A stretch of DNA of 64,000 bases, taken from contig MQRK01228140.1 of assembly GCA_001938485.1 (NCBI GenBank), positions 1 to 64,000 on the forward strand, read 5' to 3'. A program made the translations under genes and the position numbers. Within the stretch, counting starts at the first letter, position 1. Each line of letters opens with the position of its first letter. Of the stretch, positions 62,528 through 64,000 are shown one piece after another. Below the pieces are notes generated by a model, which was not told where the DNA came from, searched no databases, and saw only the letters and a program-made list of their open reading frames with translations. This DNA is from Girardia tigrina. Taxonomy: Eukaryota.

Positions 62528-64000
62528 TATTTACTTAATAAAATCTTTTAACAATATACATTAAATTGAATACTAAAATTTTTAAATCCCTTATTAAATT
62601 AATTAAATATCGAATCAAATACAACTAATTGATTAAAATACCTGAATTAAGATAATTAAAAAAAGATGAATTATTAACAAAGTCGGTTTGTATACATTTG
62701 TATCACTAAATCAATTACAAATTATTATTAACAAAAATAAAGCTTTGAATGTAATCAAAATAGTTATCAAAAAATGACTGCAAATGATACTATTATACAC
62801 TATCTCCTTATTTTACACTAGTATTCCATTAATTAATCTCACAATTATTATTGTTCCTATTCAGAAAATTCTTTCAAAAGCATATGAACTGGAATACTCA
62901 AAACTAAGTCATAAATATTTCAAAATAAATATAATTCTTCTAAAATATTGTTTGACGTATGCATCTATAAATGTTTATGGTAGAATCAAATTAGAAAGGG
63001 ATGGCGGACCAAAAAACTGAATGAAATTATTTTAGATGAGGCAAAAAAGTATATTTCATCTTGATATAAAGAATAATTATTGAAATTCTAATATCAGAAT
63101 GAAGAGAGTAAACAATATATAATTGACATGGTTCCTCTGTATAATTTCAAAATTTTATTTCATTACAAATTTCTGTTTTTTAAACAAATTTCTTAGGAAC
63201 ATTGTTTTCTGTTCACAATCATTAATAAATAAGTGTAAAATAAGCATGAAAACATTTACCTTTTAATTTTACAATCATAAAATTTTCTCAATTTTATAAT
63301 TTGACACTTAAATTTACAATTTTAAGTTAAAACATTCATAAAATTTTCGTAAACAACGAAAACATGTTAAATTGGTATATTTTTCAGGCTGATAACGAGG
63401 TGCTAAGGATGAGAACTTTATCATATTGAGCTCATAGAAATTTGCTGAAGGAAAAATGCAACATACGAAGTCATGTAAGTTCTTATTGCACATTTTTATT
63501 GCATTTGGCTTTCTTTTAGGCAAGTTAACAAAATTGAAAATCGATATTTATTACTATTCTAGCATCTCAGATGTACCTATCTCGTCCTATGGGTTGTTGT
63601 TAGTTAGCAAACAACTGGTCTACGACAGTGTAATAGTGACAAAGACAAAAAAATCCTACATTAAATGTCTAAAATAATGTACTTAATTCTCAGAGCGAGA
63701 ATATAACCGCTAACTCGAAAATAAATCTTTGTAAATAATTAAAAAATTAGGAATTGGACGAAGCTGAAATATTTTTTAATAACCGATCTAGGAAATACAA
63801 AGTCACTCGTTATTTTCTCAAAACATTAAGACAAAAATTGAACATTTATTACACATAAATCTACAAACATCTAAATCAACGATCCGCTTAAAAAGTGTAA
63901 CCTATGATTCTCTTTCCGGCATCATAATAAAAACCATTTTGCTTCAAAAAGTCACTGTTCAGGAAGCTCTTGATCGACTGGATTTTCATTCGATTAGCCT

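Noticed and set aside
63900-64000. Minus-strand FLKQNGFYY resembling a BIR domain
   Set aside because: No Cys/His ligands follow and the region is cut by the window edge.

Overview
AT-rich eukaryotic (invertebrate) genomic window; mini-introns of 45-57 nt next to multi-kb TE-filled introns would fit a triclad flatworm, but the organism is an inference. The left 39 kb carries the 3' part of a myosin VI gene on the + strand (14 exons read by hand, 445-39233). Its introns are packed with decayed and nested transposons: DD37E and DD34E Tc1-like elements, mariners, BEL/Pao, Gypsy, a Penelope element with a hammerhead ribozyme, a hAT MITE and Helitron-like elements. The right 25 kb holds a mariner, a MULE remnant, an intact intronless 28-ankyrin-repeat + RING gene set head-to-head with a start-less paralogue, a Gypsy gag and a hAT transposase pseudogene. 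Three things stand out. (1) A family of ~1.2-kb TGGA...TCCA elements with 5-bp TSDs (4 copies, one partial and one diverged) shares termini but carries different ORFs, one an intronless EB1 CH-domain fragment. (2) The DARPin-like ANK-RING gene has a reshuffled inverted partner. (3) A 3.45-kb TGTTG...CAACA LTR-like insertion carries its own 4-exon spliced coiled-coil gene. All calls are by eye, without database searches.
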